Assembly: GCA_048013815.1 (NCBI GenBank)
Contig: CM106586.1
Coordinates: 24,242,001-24,306,000, forward strand
Direction of reading: 5' to 3'
Length of the DNA stretch: 64,000 bases
Origin: Setoptus koraiensis
Taxonomy: Eukaryota; Animalia; Arthropoda
Below are positions 59,785 to 64,000 of this stretch, piece by piece. A program made the position numbers and the translations under genes. Every line of letters begins with the position of its first letter. Within the stretch, counting starts at the first letter, position 1. The notes under the pieces were generated by a model that saw only the letters and a program-made list of their open reading frames with translations, did not search any database and had not been told where the DNA came from.

Positions 59785-62700
59785 CCTTTTTTGAACAATA
59801 AAAAGTTTTTGTTGCATTTTACGCGCTCACTTTATTCGTGTGCCATTTTGGAATTTAAATAATATGCAATTGATTATTATCACAATCAAAATCTAAAAAG
59901 GATCTCGTGATTTACCTATCAGATGTCCAGTTGGAATTATCATGGCAGACATCTTCTAATCATCACCTCCAATACAGTTGATTATATTCAATATATTATC
60001 CTACCGCAAGACACATGCAGAAGTAGAGTAGATTAAAGATCTCAGTAGATTGAGATAGAATGATGTTTCAAAACAATTGCCATAGATTCGCTTATTACTC
60101 AAGTAACCTAACTCAAGGCAATCTAATTTATTTACCAGCAGTTATTAACAGCAGTCAAACATTCGATACGTGACATTGTTAGGATAACATTTTAACACTT
60201 CAAAGCAGTGCTTCACTGATATATTTATATTATTTATTGGAGATCATTGTCAATTATGTCAAAACGTATACCATATGTTAAGTTTACATAAAGATAGTGA
60301 CACAATGTAGTTTGCGGATTCTCAATCGATTTCTGCAAAGATGGAGTGGCACCTTGAAAATAAACGTAACAATATTTTTGTGATATGTAGATGTCTCACC
60401 AAATGTCATAATGTTGACGAAAAAACCAATCAATTACAATGATATTTGATAGTTATAATTAATCTCATTCTCACATCTATCAATAAGGTGTTTATGGCAG
60501 AGCTAGTAGCATCTATCGCCTAGATATTTCAAGATAAGTCTCAATTGTTGTTTATAATTCTAGAGAAGAACACAAGATGCTCGATGTCAAGATAAGATCA
60601 CACTATGTTTTGAGATGGGGCATGCACCATATCAGATCTATCAATTTGAAGTACATGACGCTGATTACATAGTTGTTCAATCTATGGTATCTCATTCAAA
60701 AAATATTCATATAGTATGGAGTATGGGGCATAATCAAGAAATCTCACTATTATTACTGGTTATTCAGTGAAGATCAAGAGATTGTTTATATTTGTTTGTT
60801 GTTGAGATGAGAATTTGATTCTGTATTCTTGATCGTTGCAGATAGACAACTCAGAATGAGATTCAAATACTGTAACTATCTATTATACCTTAAGATTCGT
60901 AAATAAATAGATGCGATGATTGCTTTCCTGCTAAATACAATTTGATATCATCACCACAATGTATATATCATTGTAGTACAATATCTGCAGCTACAAATGA
61001 AGAACACTTTATATCTTCTTCTTATATGTTATGGGCTACAAAATCTTGAGATGAAACTTTCCTATCTTTCAGAGATGAAGGCATCAACTTAGCTGAGTTA
61101 TCACTTTTCTTTTATACTCCTCCTTCTGTCTATTTATCTGTTATCTTAGTTGGGTGTTAGTCTAAATAATAATACAAGTGTCGAATCACTTAACAACAAT
61201 AATGGAACGGAATTTTCTCAGCTATCTATCTATGTTGTTTATTTGCATCTATCATCGGTGTGTATCAACATATATTGATGAACAAGATAAATCTGATATC
61301 AAATAGGACATATACAGACGAAGATCAGCAATTGATAATGGTAGTTCGCGTTTCATAGTTTTATCGAAAAGGCTAAATGGGGCTGATTGCTTGCACGTGA
61401 ATAAGTTCAATATAAATTTATAGCACAAATTTCGTCATTTACACTCAATCTTTTTCCATCCTTCGTCCACTTTTGAGCACTACGTCAACGTGTGACGAGC
61501 TCGCAATAATTTTTGTTTGGAATCCTACTATATCTTGGAATGTTTATAGCAAAAACATAGTTCTAATACAGCGACAATTCGTTTTTAATCACTCGTTTTA
61601 ATCCCATCTTGTGGAAGAAAACCAAAAAAGAAATGACAAATTTAAAACTCTTGCTTGTGCCTTGTAAGGATAGAAAAATCCGTTCGAAAGAACCACAAAA
61701 ATGTAGCGAGAACACCTTAAGAATACCTCAAATAGTTTAAAGTTACTTCTTGTATGTATACAAATACATTATAACGATTATATTATGATATCACAATTAT
61801 ACACAAAAGCAAATCTTGAAGTGCAGTGATAAGATTATAAGTGCGATGTAGGCGTAAACTAGACAATCGTCCTCATATATCTATGCAAACAACAGTCATA
61901 GAACTCTCTTGTCAGTATACTCTGATTTCTATTATATTAGCCAATTAACTAATAAACAACATAATGTGCACTTAATTGAGATTCTTCCAATCTATAGTTT
62001 CTTTCTGTCGAATATATAGATGATCGATAATGTTTAACTCAACTATTTCGGACTATATTATAACACAATACACGATACATACTAATCAATGTATATCAAG
62101 ATAGCCCTATAATTGATAATATACGAAATTGTCATATATACAAAACTATACATACATTATAGTTACAACCGCCATGGGTCAAATCAAACCAACGGCACCA
62201 AGCATCTCGCAAATACAAAAGCAATGTGTTTATCCTCATTAAGTAACAACTTCTGCAGTCTCTCTGAATAGCTTTTCTATGGAATTTATCTTGATTGTGG
62301 TTTTGTTTATTTGACTAGAGCTAATAATTCTGTTGCTATCATTATTCTTTGCCTAACCTATGCTTATTGATGATAATTGCAACTTGGTAGCAATAAATTA
62401 TGTGAACAAAACGTGCATCTAGCGTGGTGTTACTACGTGAACTTCTAGGCCCAGTTTACTTTGAGCAAATCAAAACAAAACTTGTTATTTTTTTATATCA
62501 TCTATTATGATCTAATTAGAAAACAACAACAATAACAACCGGTTGAAAACTATTGATCAAGACAGACTCGAGCTAGCCTTTGTCGCCTCCATCAATGCAA
62601 TAACAAAGTCATTGAATTATTGTTTGTCACAATACGAAACTTAATTGACAATCAGACAGCCCATGTTGATATATAGATATGGATGTAGGGCATTCTAACA

Positions 62701-63792
62701 AGAGCTGATATGGTAACAAAAACTTGTCGGTCGAATAATACTGTTGACTAAAACGGCTATTCATACTATCTATACATTGGTCTTAGAATGGTTGTCTTAA
62801 CCAGAAGAGGGCGCGATAAACATTACATTCATGATGAAGTTATGATAGTCAAAAATTAACATAGATTCTTATAATTACTGTGTTTTCTCGACACTATCAT
62901 TGAATTACACACAGTAATCAACTACTGATTTTTCTAGAACAATTTCTATCTAATAAAATGAGAATATCGCTTATCCACACAAGCCATTATGATATCGACG
63001 GGTCTAGTTATTAACTGTCAATTGTGCCTATTTGTACTTAAGTTGTGTCGCATAGAGAAGGGGGAATCTGACAGAACAGACTGTACTTCAATTATCTCTT
63101 TGGGAACTTGATTGTAACTGGGTGTAAGATTAACACGAAACTAACATCAATAGTTCACATAACAGCAATAGATTGGTGTAAATATACACAGACTCATTAT
63201 AAAAACCGTGACCATATTATAGAGTTTAAGTAGATACCGTTAATGTTGCTAGCATTAATATCACTTAAATAGCTAGATCGAATTTCCAATGATGATGAGA
63301 AATAAAGCAAGATCAAAATTCTATCGTGAGAGCGAAAGCAACAAATGATGAATGAGGTTCTCAAAGGTAAAGTTCATCGCTGATTAGGCATTTCTTTGAA
63401 TTCCGGTTATGAAGATACATCAAGACAATACATGAGAGCGAGAGAGAGAGAGAGAGAGTATTGGTGTATTAGGTTCATCGCCATCATTGTCATGGAAACT
63501 ATATTGAGTGACAGATAGCGAACTAGCTTTAGGTGAAGTTTAACTGCCGAAGCTAGCCGAAATAAACTAACACACATTGTCACACTCTGTGTATTGTCTC
63601 TGTCTAGCTATCTGAAAATAGTGTCGAAAAAGTTCGATCCTGATAATTATGCTATTGTATAGACATACACAACACATCGGTGTAGAGCTCTCGAGAACCC
63701 AATTGAGGGTGTGAGATATTTTGCAATAGGAGATGGTGAATAAAGATAAAATTGAAGACAGATAGTTATCATTTGTAGAGTGTGTATGTGTG

Positions 63793-63853
<61 letters not shown>

Positions 63854-64000
63854 GAAAGAGAGACGACGGGGCGAGGAAAGACAAAGAGAGAGTTACTGTA
63901 GCGCAATTTGATATGGTTATTTGATACAAACAATGGATTTTTTCAAATTTATATGCGATTGTCGTTTGATTATCTGATCTGGCCAATCATCTAATATTTG

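Overview
Eukaryotic, AT-rich scaffold window with one ~500-N gap (26910-27410). The gene set is animal-type, compact and intron-poor, and it includes a bacterial-type panB. This points to an arthropod, most plausibly an acariform (eriophyoid-like) mite; that assignment is inference. Bases 1-15.4 kb are microsatellite-rich, and I could not confidently assign a gene there. From 15.5 to 59.7 kb there is a dense gene array: AP2M1, URM1, a C11orf54/DUF1907 hydrolase, two orphan ORFs, ZNF706, ASPP, CDP-DAG synthase, Rab32/38, a MOSPD2-like CRAL-TRIO protein, an HPD-like dioxygenase, FAM50, panB, tRNA-Ala(AGC), a Dlish-like SH3 adaptor, ERK, ZNF367, HDDC2 and CWC22. Four observations stand out. (1) URM1 is a chimeric gene whose core promoter, 5'UTR and only start codon are an inverted duplicate of the 5' end of the neighbouring C11orf54-like gene. 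(2) A second, near-perfect 216-bp inverted copy of part of a nearby orphan ORF sits in the same divergent promoter. (3) An intronless, actinobacterial-like panB (horizontal transfer) lies directly downstream of a tRNA gene. (4) The HPD-like enzyme keeps all three Fe ligands but has four conserved substrate-pocket residues replaced. All family assignments come from recalled sequence motifs, not database searches.
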